64,000 nt of DNA, taken from NCBI GenBank assembly GCA_041576165.1, contig JBFGLM010000010.1, positions 1 to 64,000 on the forward strand, given 5' to 3'. Below are positions 1-9,635 of the stretch, in pieces; the stretch's first letter is position 1, and the number at the start of each line of letters is the position of its first letter. The position numbers were made by a program, and so were the translations under genes. The notes under the pieces were generated by a model that saw only the letters and a program-made list of their open reading frames with translations, had not been told where the DNA came from and made no database searches. Source of the DNA: Acidimicrobiia bacterium (GTDB taxonomy: Bacteria; Actinomycetota; Acidimicrobiia; Spongiisociales; Spongiisociaceae).

Positions 1-549
1 CATCCTTGGTCCCTCCGCCGAGGAAAGCACGAGGTCAACCGAGTGACCGCGGCTCGCGAGTCCCCCGGCCAGCTGGACGGCGGCGCGTTCTGCCCCGCCC
101 CCGGCCATGTTTGGTGCAAATACTGCATAGCGGGCGGAGCCATCAGCCATGCGGCCCACCCGAGCTGGTCGTGTTCGATTTCGTGGCTCGATCCCGGCCA
201 CCATTCAGGCCACTTCTGACGAGGAGAGATCTCTCCGAACCCCCGTCCGGCGTTACTGCGTATGTCATGTCCCCTGGCCGCTCTCGCCACAGTGTTCGCG
301 GTCGTAATGATGCTAGCCCGGCGCCTGCACTGGGTCGGGGCGACCTCGAGAATCTACGACGGTCTGATGCGTGGTTCCACGCCGGGGTGGTGGGCGGGGT
401 GACCCATCAGTCCAGCGATGGCGCGACGCTGTGCCTGACCACCCAATCGCCCGCAGGACTGGACCGTTAACCGCAGGCACCGCAGTAGTTTGGGGCAGGG
501 GAGGAGCGATCGAGTTGACTATCAGCCAGTGGGATGAGGCTCACCGCCC

Positions 550-1248
550 ATGATTGCGAAAGGCGCGGCGCGCCCGTATCTGGTCGAGGTCGCCGGCGTG
601 GCCGGGTCGGGCAAATCGACCCTCGCCAAGGCGCTGCTGGCCGGGGATGGCTATGTGCAGGGTGAATTCATCCACACTCGCTCGCCGGTGCACCTTGCGT
701 ACGTCGCTCGCAGCATCCCCCGGCTGCTCCCGATTCTGATTGCAGGGGGCATGCGCAAACCGCGCGTGAGCTGGCGCGAATTCAAGCTGATGGCGTACGT
801 CACCGAATGGCGTCGGTTCCTGTACAACCGGCAGCGTTATCGGAACCGGACCGTGGTCCTCGATCAAGGTCCGATCTATGCGCTTGTGCGGTTGAAGGCG
901 CTCGACAGTGGTATCGCGAACACCCGGTCATTCCATCGCTGGTGGAACGAAATGATGAGGTCGTGGTCGGATGCGCTCGATGACCTGATTTGGCTGGACG
1001 CGCCCGACCACCTGCTCTTGCAGCGGATCGATGGCCGCCAGCAAGCGCACGTGGTCAAAGGAGAGCGTGCCGACGTGAGCCTCCGCTTCATCACTCGCTA
1101 TCGCAGCATGTTCGAGGATGCGATCCGCACCCTCGAAGACCTGGGGGGTCCACCGGTAATACGCTTCAACACCGCCCGTGATGCGCCGGACCGAATCGCG
1201 GCCGTGGTGAACTCGGCCGTCTCTGCGCGGGACAGATCGTCCAAATAG
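550..1248 (+). CDS. P-loop NMP-kinase-fold protein (thymidylate kinase-like)
   Basis: Walker A GVAGSGKST, VVLDQG, DDLIWLDAP...LLQRIDGR lid motif. Confidence 0.7.
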   Translation: MIAKGAARPYLVEVAGVAGSGKSTLAKALLAGDGYVQGEFIHTRSPVHLAYVARSIPRLLPILIAGGMRKPRVSWREFKLMAYVTEWRRFLYNRQRYRNRTVVLDQGPIYALVRLKALDSGIANTRSFHRWWNEMMRSWSDALDDLIWLDAPDHLLLQRIDGRQQAHVVKGERADVSLRFITRYRSMFEDAIRTLEDLGGPPVIRFNTARDAPDRIAAVVNSAVSARDRSSK

Positions 1249-1337
1249 CGACGCCGGTCGCCGTAAATTGCGGATCAGTGTTCGCCAGGTGAGCAGTGTG
1301 AACCAAAGCTATGGGAGAAACATGTGGGGAGACAGTG

Positions 1338-2468
1338 ATGGATGATGTGAGTTCGCTGAGTCGCTTGCGCGTGCTGCATCTGATTGTGACGCTCGGTGAG
1401 GGAAATGGTCAGTACAACGAGCATTGCCTACCGCTGATAGGGGTACGTGATCTATCGATCTGCACGTACTTCGAACCGCAGCTCACCCCACCGGCGGAGA
1501 TATCACTTTTTCCGGGCAACGGGTCGATTCTCGGCTTCTTTCGCGCCCTCCGGCGGGCGCTCGACGCAACGGAATACGACGTCATCCACGCCCATGCGCC
1601 CCACACCGGTGCGTTCATCGTGCTGGCCACGCTCGCCTGGTTGCGGTTCGGACGCTTGCGGTCGCGCATGGTCTACACGGTGCAAGACTCCTTCTACGAC
1701 TACAAGCCGCGCAATCAGGCGATGATGCTCGTCGCCCTGGCCGCCTTCAAACAGATCGTTTTCTGTAGCCGGGCCGCATACGACAGCTTGCCCCGGCCGT
1801 GGAAATGGCTCGTGCGGGGACGCTGGCAGGTCGTCCAGAACGCAGCCGACATGGACAGGATCGATCGGGCATTGGAAACGACAAGTCCGACCCGGGGGGA
1901 GGGGCCGTTCACGGTCGTTGCGGTGGGCCGGCTCGAGGCTGTGAAGGACCCCGCGAGCATGCTGCGGGCCTTCGACCGGGTCACTGACCGCGACAGTCAA
2001 CTCGTGATCGTCGGCGCCGGCTCCCGGGAAGCCGAGGTGCGTGATGAGATCGCAGCTCTCGGTCTGAGCGAGCGGGTAACGCTCACCGGGCTCGTTCCGC
2101 GCGACGAGGTGTTCGTGCGCTGCGCTGACGCGGACCTCATGGTGTCGACGTCCCGGGGCGAAGGATTGCCGGTTGCCGTCATCGAGGCGATGGCGTCCGG
2201 ATGCCCCGTTGTCCTGTCAGACATACCACCACATAGAGAGCTGGCGGACGGCGCCGACTTCATACCCCTTGTGACGGTGGGCGATGTCGACGGATTCGCC
2301 CGCGAGATCAACCGCGTCCGCGACATGTCGCCCGCCGACCGTTCCGAGCTGGGACACAAATCACGAGAGCATGTCCTCGCGCGCTACTCGCTTCCGATAA
2401 TGCACCAGGGCATCGAGCGGGTGTATCAGAAGATATCCGGCCTGGCGGACACCAGCGCCCGGAGCTGA
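1338..2468 (+). CDS. Glycosyltransferase family 4
   Basis: DVIHAH, AVGRLEAVKD, SRGEGLPVAVIEAMASGCPVVLSD; start may be 1311 or 1338. Confidence 0.9.
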   Translation: MDDVSSLSRLRVLHLIVTLGEGNGQYNEHCLPLIGVRDLSICTYFEPQLTPPAEISLFPGNGSILGFFRALRRALDATEYDVIHAHAPHTGAFIVLATLAWLRFGRLRSRMVYTVQDSFYDYKPRNQAMMLVALAAFKQIVFCSRAAYDSLPRPWKWLVRGRWQVVQNAADMDRIDRALETTSPTRGEGPFTVVAVGRLEAVKDPASMLRAFDRVTDRDSQLVIVGAGSREAEVRDEIAALGLSERVTLTGLVPRDEVFVRCADADLMVSTSRGEGLPVAVIEAMASGCPVVLSDIPPHRELADGADFIPLVTVGDVDGFAREINRVRDMSPADRSELGHKSREHVLARYSLPIMHQGIERVYQKISGLADTSARS

Positions 2469-2598
2469 CAATGGGTCCGCTCCGTACCTGCGCCCGCCCC
2501 GCGACTGTTCCGAGCGCCGGAACCAGAGGACGGCATGCGCGACGCTCGTCGGCGACGGGTGTTGCACGGCGGCGCCCGCTGGACTCATTGGATCACGA

Positions 2599-4125
2599 AT
2601 GAACACCGAACAGACGAACCAGACGCTTCATGCCTTCGACCCCGGTTCCGAGGACGCGGCTTCCCTCAAGCCCCTGCGAAAGATCGAACGCATCCTCCAG
2701 CGATTTGAGACCGATGGCCTCTCGTACTGCCACTGGAAGAGCAACTACCACGTGGCGTACGCGCTGGCCGGACGCGAGGATGTCGACTTGCTCGTCGCGG
2801 AGTCCGACAACCCCCGGCTCGTCCAGATCTTGCTGGCAGAGGGGTTCAAACAGGCGGACAGCGCGGCCAACCGGCGGCAACCGGGCGTCTTTCACTATCT
2901 AGGAAACGACGAGGACACCGGGACGCTGATCAACTTTCACACGTACACCCGCATCCTGACCGGTGACCACTTCACCAAATGCTGGGCCCTGCCGTTCGAG
3001 CGTCTCCTCCTGGCTGAGACCCGACTCGAGCACGGAATGCGTGTTCCACCCAAAGCACACGACCTGATCGTCTACGTCGTCCGGAACATGATCAAGCAGA
3101 CGACCCCCTACGACCTGTGGCAGCTCGCTCGAGCTGGAGAAGCGACCATTGCGGAATACGAGTGGTTGACGGAGGGCGGCGAGGCGCACGAATGGCATAC
3201 TCCGCTCGCCCGTCACTTTCCCGAGCTCACGACCGCCGACTTCGAACGGGCGATCCGCATGCTCACCGGCCCGGCCGGCTTGACCGGGCGGATCAGGCAG
3301 GGACGTCGCTTCACGCGCGCACTGCGAAAGTACCGCCGTTATGGCTGGTGGCGTCAGACCGCCACCTCGGCCTATCTGCTGGCGCAGATGGCGATCAACA
3401 AGTTCGGCCGCAACGAGAAGCACATGAACCCGGTGCACGGCGGGAAACTGATCGCATTCGTGGGTCCCCAGGCCACTGGGAAGTCGACGCTCGCCGGCGC
3501 CGTACGCGAGTGGCTGGGCGCCGAATTGGCGGTACGGTCGATTCACGTCGGGAAACCCCCCAGCACGTGGTACACCTGGTTGCCGTCCAGGCTGATTCCG
3601 CTTGCGCGGATGCTGCGGCCCGACCAACGCACCACGACGATCGAGTTGACGCAAAGCGAGGATTTTCCGCTGATCTTCATTGTGCGCAAGGTCATGCTGG
3701 CGCTGGAGCGGAGACGGCTGCTGCGTCGGGCCTTTCGTCAGAGCCGCAACGGACGGATCGTGCTGTGCGACCGGTATCCATCCGACGTAGCAGGCGCCGT
3801 CGACGGGGTGAGCTTCACGGACACGGCAATCGAGTGCGAAACGTCGCCGCTGAAGACTGCGCTCATGCGATGGGAGCAGCAGATCTACGACGAGATCCAT
3901 CCGCCGGATCTCGTCATTCAGCTCGTGGTGCCGGAGGAGGAGGCCGTGCGGCGCAACCTGGTCCGCATCAAGGAGGACAATCAAACGACGGACTACGTGC
4001 GCGCCCGTCACAGCCAGGAGATCGTGCCGGAGTTTCATCGGTGCCCGGTGATCGAGCTCTCCACCCTGCGAGATCTGGAAGAAACGGTCTTGGACTTGAA
4101 AAGACGGATATGGGCACGCTTATAG
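2599..4125 (+). CDS. Nucleotidyltransferase-like N-terminal domain fused to thymidylate-kinase-like P-loop domain
   Basis: YCHWKSN...GREDVDLLV (DxD) at the N-terminus; AFVGPQATGKST and VLCDRYP at the C-terminus. Confidence 0.65.
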   Translation: MNTEQTNQTLHAFDPGSEDAASLKPLRKIERILQRFETDGLSYCHWKSNYHVAYALAGREDVDLLVAESDNPRLVQILLAEGFKQADSAANRRQPGVFHYLGNDEDTGTLINFHTYTRILTGDHFTKCWALPFERLLLAETRLEHGMRVPPKAHDLIVYVVRNMIKQTTPYDLWQLARAGEATIAEYEWLTEGGEAHEWHTPLARHFPELTTADFERAIRMLTGPAGLTGRIRQGRRFTRALRKYRRYGWWRQTATSAYLLAQMAINKFGRNEKHMNPVHGGKLIAFVGPQATGKSTLAGAVREWLGAELAVRSIHVGKPPSTWYTWLPSRLIPLARMLRPDQRTTTIELTQSEDFPLIFIVRKVMLALERRRLLRRAFRQSRNGRIVLCDRYPSDVAGAVDGVSFTDTAIECETSPLKTALMRWEQQIYDEIHPPDLVIQLVVPEEEAVRRNLVRIKEDNQTTDYVRARHSQEIVPEFHRCPVIELSTLRDLEETVLDLKRRIWARL

Positions 4126-4204
4126 ACAATCGGACCACCCGCGTGTCGGCAGGTCAGATGCTCGATCCGGCTTGCCATGTCGCTTGGTTGGATTGCAGGC
4201 ACTC

Positions 4205-5113
4205 ATGAAGCATCCCCGCGTATCCGACTCAGCTATCGCTCGCCTTACGGAGGGCACCGCCATATCGATGGCGCTGTCTCCGGCCGGGCCGAATCTGCGG
4301 TTCACCTGCACCTCGGTGGAGCAACGAAACTGGTCGCGGGTGGCGTTCGGAGTCGCGGTCGACGGTGGTTCCGCCCAGGAGCTCTTCCTCAAGCAGTTCA
4401 TCGACCGCGGCGGCCGACCACTGAGCCAGCAATACGAGTCTGAGCTCATCGCACATCCACTGGCCACGGGCGTGCTGGGCGGGGTGGCCTCCGTGCCCGG
4501 TATCCTGGCGGTGAACGGGCCGGCGTTGACCATCGGATACGAGCCGGTATCGATGATGCCGATGGACACACTCCTGCGGTCAGATTCCGCCCGCTTCACC
4601 CGAGAGTTTCCCGGAATGCTCGAGACGGTGGAAGCAGTGCTCACTGCACTCGCGGGCGTCGGCCGGCAGCAGTTAGACCCGGCCGTTATCGAGGGCCAAG
4701 CCAACACGGATGGTGTGCTGACCTTCAAGGGGCTCGACTTCCGCAACCTCGGTGTAGGGACCCGTGCGGACGGACCATTCATTTTCGACTTTGGCAAGGC
4801 GTATCTGGCGCCGATAGCCGACGCCGCGGCCCGCTACCTCGTCTCGATAGCGTTGCTGAACTGGGGCCGCCCCCTAGGTCGCTTCGTACGCGGTCCCAAT
4901 CCCGAGCTGATCGAAGCGGCATCTCGCGTGCTGGGCAGGTTCACGAGCCTCGAGGCCGTGCTGTACCGGTTGCAGCAGGAGGCGGCCTACCGGCAGGCCG
5001 AGGTCCAGTCCGGATCGCTGGTAGAACACGTCGGCAAGGTGGCAGGTATCACGGCCCTCGGTGGCCGGTACGCAGCCGCGACCCGCCGCCTGTTCAGAAG
5101 AGCCCTCGCCTGA
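4205..5113 (+). CDS. Hypothetical protein, possible atypical protein-kinase-like phosphotransferase
   Basis: LFLKQF, KGLDFRNL and FIFDFG in PKL-like order; start uncertain (4172/4205). Confidence 0.45.
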   Translation: MKHPRVSDSAIARLTEGTAISMALSPAGPNLRFTCTSVEQRNWSRVAFGVAVDGGSAQELFLKQFIDRGGRPLSQQYESELIAHPLATGVLGGVASVPGILAVNGPALTIGYEPVSMMPMDTLLRSDSARFTREFPGMLETVEAVLTALAGVGRQQLDPAVIEGQANTDGVLTFKGLDFRNLGVGTRADGPFIFDFGKAYLAPIADAAARYLVSIALLNWGRPLGRFVRGPNPELIEAASRVLGRFTSLEAVLYRLQQEAAYRQAEVQSGSLVEHVGKVAGITALGGRYAAATRRLFRRALA

Positions 5114-5171
5114 ACAATCAATTGGCGAGCTCGCCCCCGGACGAGCCGGGAGTGCGCCCGCCGGTGGGCGG

Positions 5172-7475
5172 CTAGGCGTCCGAACCCGTCAGCTGCTCAT
5201 CTTCTGCGCTGTGGGTGGTCTCCTCCGGAGCTACGAACACCTGCTCACCCTGTTGAACGGCGTCGAGGATGAGTTGAGCGATCTCCGGGCGCATGAACCA
5301 TGTTGGTGGCGCTTCGCCTCGGAGGAACATGGCCCTCGCCTCGGTCCCACTGATGAACCCGTAGAGCTGGTCATCGTCCTCGGTGTGCTCGCTGCGCTCG
5401 ACATACTGGCCGAGCGCATCGGAGTAGACGACCTCGTCGAATTTGACGACCGAGATCCCGAGGTCGGGGAATTGATCGAAGATTTCGTGCGAAGCGTACG
5501 GCCCGTAGTAATCACCGACGCCCGTGTGGTCCCGGCCCACCACGAAATGGCTGCACCCGAAGTTCTTGCGGCACAGCGCCGTGAAGAGGGCCTCGCGCGG
5601 TCCGGCGTATCGCGAGTAAGTGGCGAATGCCGCGCAAACCACTTTGTCCTTGGGGTAGAAGTCCTCGATCATTCGCTCGTAACTGCGGATGATGTAGGAC
5701 GCGCGGTAGTCGCCGAACTTCTTCTTCCCGACGACCGGCTGGACCAACAGGCCGTCGCAATGTGTCTCCTCCATGGCGCGGTACTGGATGTACTCGTGTC
5801 CACGGTGGATGACATTGCGGGTGTGGAACCCAACGACCTTTTCCCAGCCCCGCTCACGGAAAAGCCGGCGGAGCTGAGGGGGCGTGAGCTCGTAGGGCCG
5901 CGTCTCGGAATGCCGGGGCCGCAACAGGCTGATCTGGCCGGCCAGCAGCACCGGACCCATCATCTCCATGGCGAGAACTCCCGGGTGATCCAGATTGCTC
6001 GTGCCAAACAACTTCTGCGCTGACTCCTTCTTGTCGAAGGTGAATTTCTCGCGCAGATCGAGCAGTGCCATGAGGTTTCCGTCTGTACCCGTGAGCCCGA
6101 CCACCTGGCCGATCACCAGCCGGTCCGCTACCTCGGGATCGACATCGAGGACCACCGGCAATGGCCAAACAGTCCCGTCTGACAGCCGCATATCACTCAG
6201 CACCGAATGGAAATCATGTTCGCCCATGAAGCCGTCGAGCGGGCTGTAGGTACCTACGGCTATCTGCTCGACTTCCATCTGCTTGTTTTCGTCGAGGGCT
6301 ATCTTCGGCAAGGATGCGAGGAACCGCTCGTCCGGCATTCGGGTCAGGACCCGGTTGACCAGGCGCCCGCCGTGCGGCGGGGTGAGCGAGGTGGTCACAC
6401 CTTCCAGCAGGTACGGCGAGCGCTCGAGCGACCTGACGAACGTGTCGTGAGCCTCAACGACGTGCCCATCCATCACCACTTCCGCATGGCGAATGAGACG
6501 GCTCAACATGTTGATGCACTCGAGCGGATACCGACCTACGGCCGTCTCAGCAGCCAGCGTCAGACCATCGGCCCCATCGAGCACCGTATTCACAACGTCC
6601 TGAACTTCGGCGCGGGTGGGATTGCGCGTCTCGATCATCGTCTCCAGCAGATTGGTCGCCACGAATACCGGCGTCCGTTGCTGGCGCGCTTTCTGCATGA
6701 TGATCTTCTGCGTGAACGGGATCTTCTCGAGGGGGATCTCCTTGCTGAGGTCGCCCCGATCGATCAGCAACATGTCAGATTGCTGGACGATCTCGTCGAG
6801 GTGTTCGAGTGCATCCACACACTCGATCTTGGAGATTATCTTCATCTTGCCCTGGGTGGCCCGACGCGCTTCACGGATGGATTCGGCGGATCGGACGAAC
6901 GACACCGCGATATGTTCGACACCGGCCTTCAGCCCGATGTTGATCGACTGGTAGTCCTTGGGTGAGAGGGCAGGGAGCCGGAACTTGTTGTCGAAGATCG
7001 GATCGACAACCACCGCTTTGTTGTTTCCGATTTTGCCGCCCGATATGACCCGGGCCGCCACGCGGCCCTCAGAGGACCTCGACACGTCCGTTACCCGCAG
7101 GACCAACGTGTCAAAATCGATGTGGAGCAGATCTCCTTCGGCCAGCTGATCGAGGACGTGGGCGGGCCGCAAAACGATGTTCTGGGCATCGCCGACGATA
7201 TCGCCGCAGCGCAGGGTGACTTCGTCGTTTTCGCCAAAATAGATTGCGTTTCGGTCCAGGCGACCGGTCCTGATCTGCGACCCCTCGGTGTCGAGCACGA
7301 ACGGAATTCCCACGCCCTTGGCCCGCGCAATCGACTCCTCGAGGTATTCCAAGCTCGAGTGCGACATGTTGACTCGAACGAAATTGACCCCTTTGTCCTT
7401 CATGGCCAGGAGATGTGCTTCGGTATCCGAAGCCGGCCCCAGCGTGACGATTATGCTCGTTCTTCTCTCAGCCAC
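5172..7475 (-). CDS. sat: Pyruvate kinase (barrel + B domain) fused to sulfate adenylyltransferase (Sat-type ATP sulfurylase)
   Basis: PK motifs TLGPAS, RVNMSH, SKIE, RGDL, PTRAE, AETAVGRYP. Sat motifs PHGG, YSPLDGFM, HTRNVIHRGHE, YAGPREA, RKNFGCSHFVVGRDH, ISGT. Single open frame; GTG start with GAGGGG RBS. Confidence 0.92.
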   Translation of the reverse strand: MAERRTSIIVTLGPASDTEAHLLAMKDKGVNFVRVNMSHSSLEYLEESIARAKGVGIPFVLDTEGSQIRTGRLDRNAIYFGENDEVTLRCGDIVGDAQNIVLRPAHVLDQLAEGDLLHIDFDTLVLRVTDVSRSSEGRVAARVISGGKIGNNKAVVVDPIFDNKFRLPALSPKDYQSINIGLKAGVEHIAVSFVRSAESIREARRATQGKMKIISKIECVDALEHLDEIVQQSDMLLIDRGDLSKEIPLEKIPFTQKIIMQKARQQRTPVFVATNLLETMIETRNPTRAEVQDVVNTVLDGADGLTLAAETAVGRYPLECINMLSRLIRHAEVVMDGHVVEAHDTFVRSLERSPYLLEGVTTSLTPPHGGRLVNRVLTRMPDERFLASLPKIALDENKQMEVEQIAVGTYSPLDGFMGEHDFHSVLSDMRLSDGTVWPLPVVLDVDPEVADRLVIGQVVGLTGTDGNLMALLDLREKFTFDKKESAQKLFGTSNLDHPGVLAMEMMGPVLLAGQISLLRPRHSETRPYELTPPQLRRLFRERGWEKVVGFHTRNVIHRGHEYIQYRAMEETHCDGLLVQPVVGKKKFGDYRASYIIRSYERMIEDFYPKDKVVCAAFATYSRYAGPREALFTALCRKNFGCSHFVVGRDHTGVGDYYGPYASHEIFDQFPDLGISVVKFDEVVYSDALGQYVERSEHTEDDDQLYGFISGTEARAMFLRGEAPPTWFMRPEIAQLILDAVQQGEQVFVAPEETTHSAEDEQLTGSDA

Positions 7476-7751
7476 ACGTTCCCCTCACATGATGTGGCCC
7501 GGGTGGTCGATTTCCGACGGCCTGGCGCCTGCTATCGCGCGCCAAACGGCCAAATTCCAGAAATCATCACCTTGCGGAAAACCCCCGGCCAAACCTTTCT
7601 CAGGCGAGCGTAGCGTTGCCGCGAACCTAAATGAGGGTCGATGTCTGCCCACCGACATGCACCGTATTGGTCCACTCCAGCCCCGCCGGCGAGGACCGCC
7701 GCCACCGGCGGCGGCGTCCCGGCCGCCGGCTCCGTCCGGGCCGAGCGGCCG

Positions 7752-8645
7752 TCATCGCAAGGGTTCGAGCCAGTGGTCGAGATCGAGACCGGTGAGCCCG
7801 GCGCATTTCGTGATCTGCTCTTCGAGGTGCTCCGTCATCTGTCTCCGCAGCTCGGCGGGCAGCGGCGGCGGCTTGTCCATGTTGGACGTCCGGAGCTTGC
7901 GCAGCCGGTCGGCGAAACCTCTCGGCACGATCGGCTTCAGTGCGGAGCGAAAGAAGCGGTTGGTCAGCAAGCGTTCCAGCCACATGCTGGAGGGGACGCC
8001 GCCCACATTGTGGGGCGTCGAGAGGTCGGGCTCGAAGTCGGGCGCCACGCCCAGAAATCGATATACACCCTGCACAGTTTCGAGCGTGTGCTCCATCAGA
8101 TCCTGGGAGAGGAATATGTGCAATTGCTCCCGCGGAAACAAGTCGAAGTAGCGGGAGAGTTGCTCGTGGTACCGGCCCAAACGCATCCAGTGCGACTCGG
8201 GCTGAACCCATTCGGCAGACAAGGCCAGATCACGGCTTGGTTCGATCCGCCGCCGCCCTTGCTTGCGCAGGTACATCAGGTAGTCGGAGTACGCGCGATC
8301 AACCGGATTGCGAAGACTGCAGATGATCCGGGCCGTTGGCAGCATCTCATGGATCCGGGCGGCCGCGTGCGGCGTCTCCAGGTAGATCGGTGAGACATCG
8401 CCGACGACCTTGGCATCGCCGGCGTCGGTGAACAGCGCCTCGTATTCGGCCAGGGTCGTGATGGGCCAATGGTGCAGCTCGGGGTCGCCGTAGAGCAGCT
8501 CTCCCGACTCGTCGACGGCGTATGCGAAATAGCCGATGTGGTGCCTGGGTCCCATGTAGATCTCGGGATGTTCGTCGAGATACCAAAACAGAGCGGTGGT
8601 GCCGGATTTGGTTCCGCCGATGACGATGGCATTCGGGAGCGCCAT
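7752..8645 (-). CDS. PAPS-dependent sulfotransferase (Sulfotransfer_1/3 type, heparan-sulfate O-sulfotransferase-like motifs)
   Basis: 5'-PSB PNAIVIGGTKSGTTAL; 3'-PB LRNPVDRAYS. Confidence 0.9.
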   Translation of the reverse strand: MALPNAIVIGGTKSGTTALFWYLDEHPEIYMGPRHHIGYFAYAVDESGELLYGDPELHHWPITTLAEYEALFTDAGDAKVVGDVSPIYLETPHAAARIHEMLPTARIICSLRNPVDRAYSDYLMYLRKQGRRRIEPSRDLALSAEWVQPESHWMRLGRYHEQLSRYFDLFPREQLHIFLSQDLMEHTLETVQGVYRFLGVAPDFEPDLSTPHNVGGVPSSMWLERLLTNRFFRSALKPIVPRGFADRLRKLRTSNMDKPPPLPAELRRQMTEHLEEQITKCAGLTGLDLDHWLEPLR

Positions 8646-8690
8646 GATCAGACCTGGTCTCTCGTGTGGAAGTGGATGGGCGCGTTCGGG

Positions 8691-9635
8691 CTAGACAATC
8701 CGCAACCCCTTCCGGGACAGGAAGCGGAGGGGCCGGTACACGAGATGCACTTTGAGCCGGGAGGCCGCGACGTTGAACTCGTTGAACTTGCCGGGAAGCG
8801 TGCGCGTGTACTCCTCGACTGCGGTTTCAAGACTCGGCCCGAACTCCTGTCGGTAGGAGGGAAAGAGCTCGTTGCGGACGTAGTTCCAGAGTTCCAGGTC
8901 GACCTGGTGTGCTTCGTGGAGGATATCCAATGTTCGTTGGGTACTCAGCAAATCGTCAGCGATGGTTCGGCGCGGGGCCACGTTGACCTTGCGATACGAG
9001 ATGTTCAAATCGGGCGCAACCAAAGCCTTCAGCAGTACCAGGGACTCGTCGAAGTGCTCTGTCAAGCCCACGAAGATGTTCTTCTTCTCGATGATCCGGA
9101 TCGCTTCGTTCACGTCCTCTACGCCGGCGATCATTTTCGTCTGGCGATTGCGAGTCCAGTCTTGTTGGATCCACTGGTCGAACTCATCCGGCTTGCCGGA
9201 GATCTGCTTCTTGTGCTGAAAGCTCGAGGCGCTTGCCTTCACCGGGTCGCGGATGAGGCTGAAATACTCGATCTCTTCTCCCCGGGGTTCGAGATCCTGG
9301 TATCCGACCACCCGGTGTCCGGCAATGCTCCGCAGCCGCGGATAGAGCCGACGAATGCGATCGAGGTCATCATTGGTGAAAGGTGGGTCTTCCCATATGT
9401 TCGGGTGCCAGGGCTCGACGGCGCAGTGGCGGGTCCCATAGGAGCTACGCAGAACATGGTTGACGGTTGATCCCCCGGTTTTGTTCTGATGGATGTGAAC
9501 AAGCAACTGGAACCTCCCACCCCAAAGAAAGCCTGGCTGCGCGGCGACCGCCGTCTGACGGTCCCGGCCTGCAAATCCTATCAGTGCTCGTGCTCTTCTC
9601 AGCAGGTGTTTGGCGGTCCCGGCGCTTCGGCTCAA
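8691..9635 (-). CDS. Sulfotransferase family 2-type protein
   Basis: HIHQNKTGGST, IRDPV...S, FVGLTEHFDESL, DLELW; overlaps the flippase stop by 4 bp. Confidence 0.75.
   Translation of the reverse strand: MSRSAGTAKHLLRRARALIGFAGRDRQTAVAAQPGFLWGGRFQLLVHIHQNKTGGSTVNHVLRSSYGTRHCAVEPWHPNIWEDPPFTNDDLDRIRRLYPRLRSIAGHRVVGYQDLEPRGEEIEYFSLIRDPVKASASSFQHKKQISGKPDEFDQWIQQDWTRNRQTKMIAGVEDVNEAIRIIEKKNIFVGLTEHFDESLVLLKALVAPDLNISYRKVNVAPRRTIADDLLSTQRTLDILHEAHQVDLELWNYVRNELFPSYRQEFGPSLETAVEEYTRTLPGKFNEFNVAASRLKVHLVYRPLRFLSRKGLRIV

Noticed and set aside
1-549. ORFs 6..470 and 371..553
   Set aside because: No motifs and shadow-like composition. The region looks like a divergent promoter; CAT at 1-3 with a reverse GGAGG suggests a minus-strand gene starts at the window edge.
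7680-7751. GC-rich inverted repeats between the sulfotransferase and PK-Sat, or a cysC remnant
   Set aside because: No coding similarity is visible, and such hairpins arise readily at this GC content.
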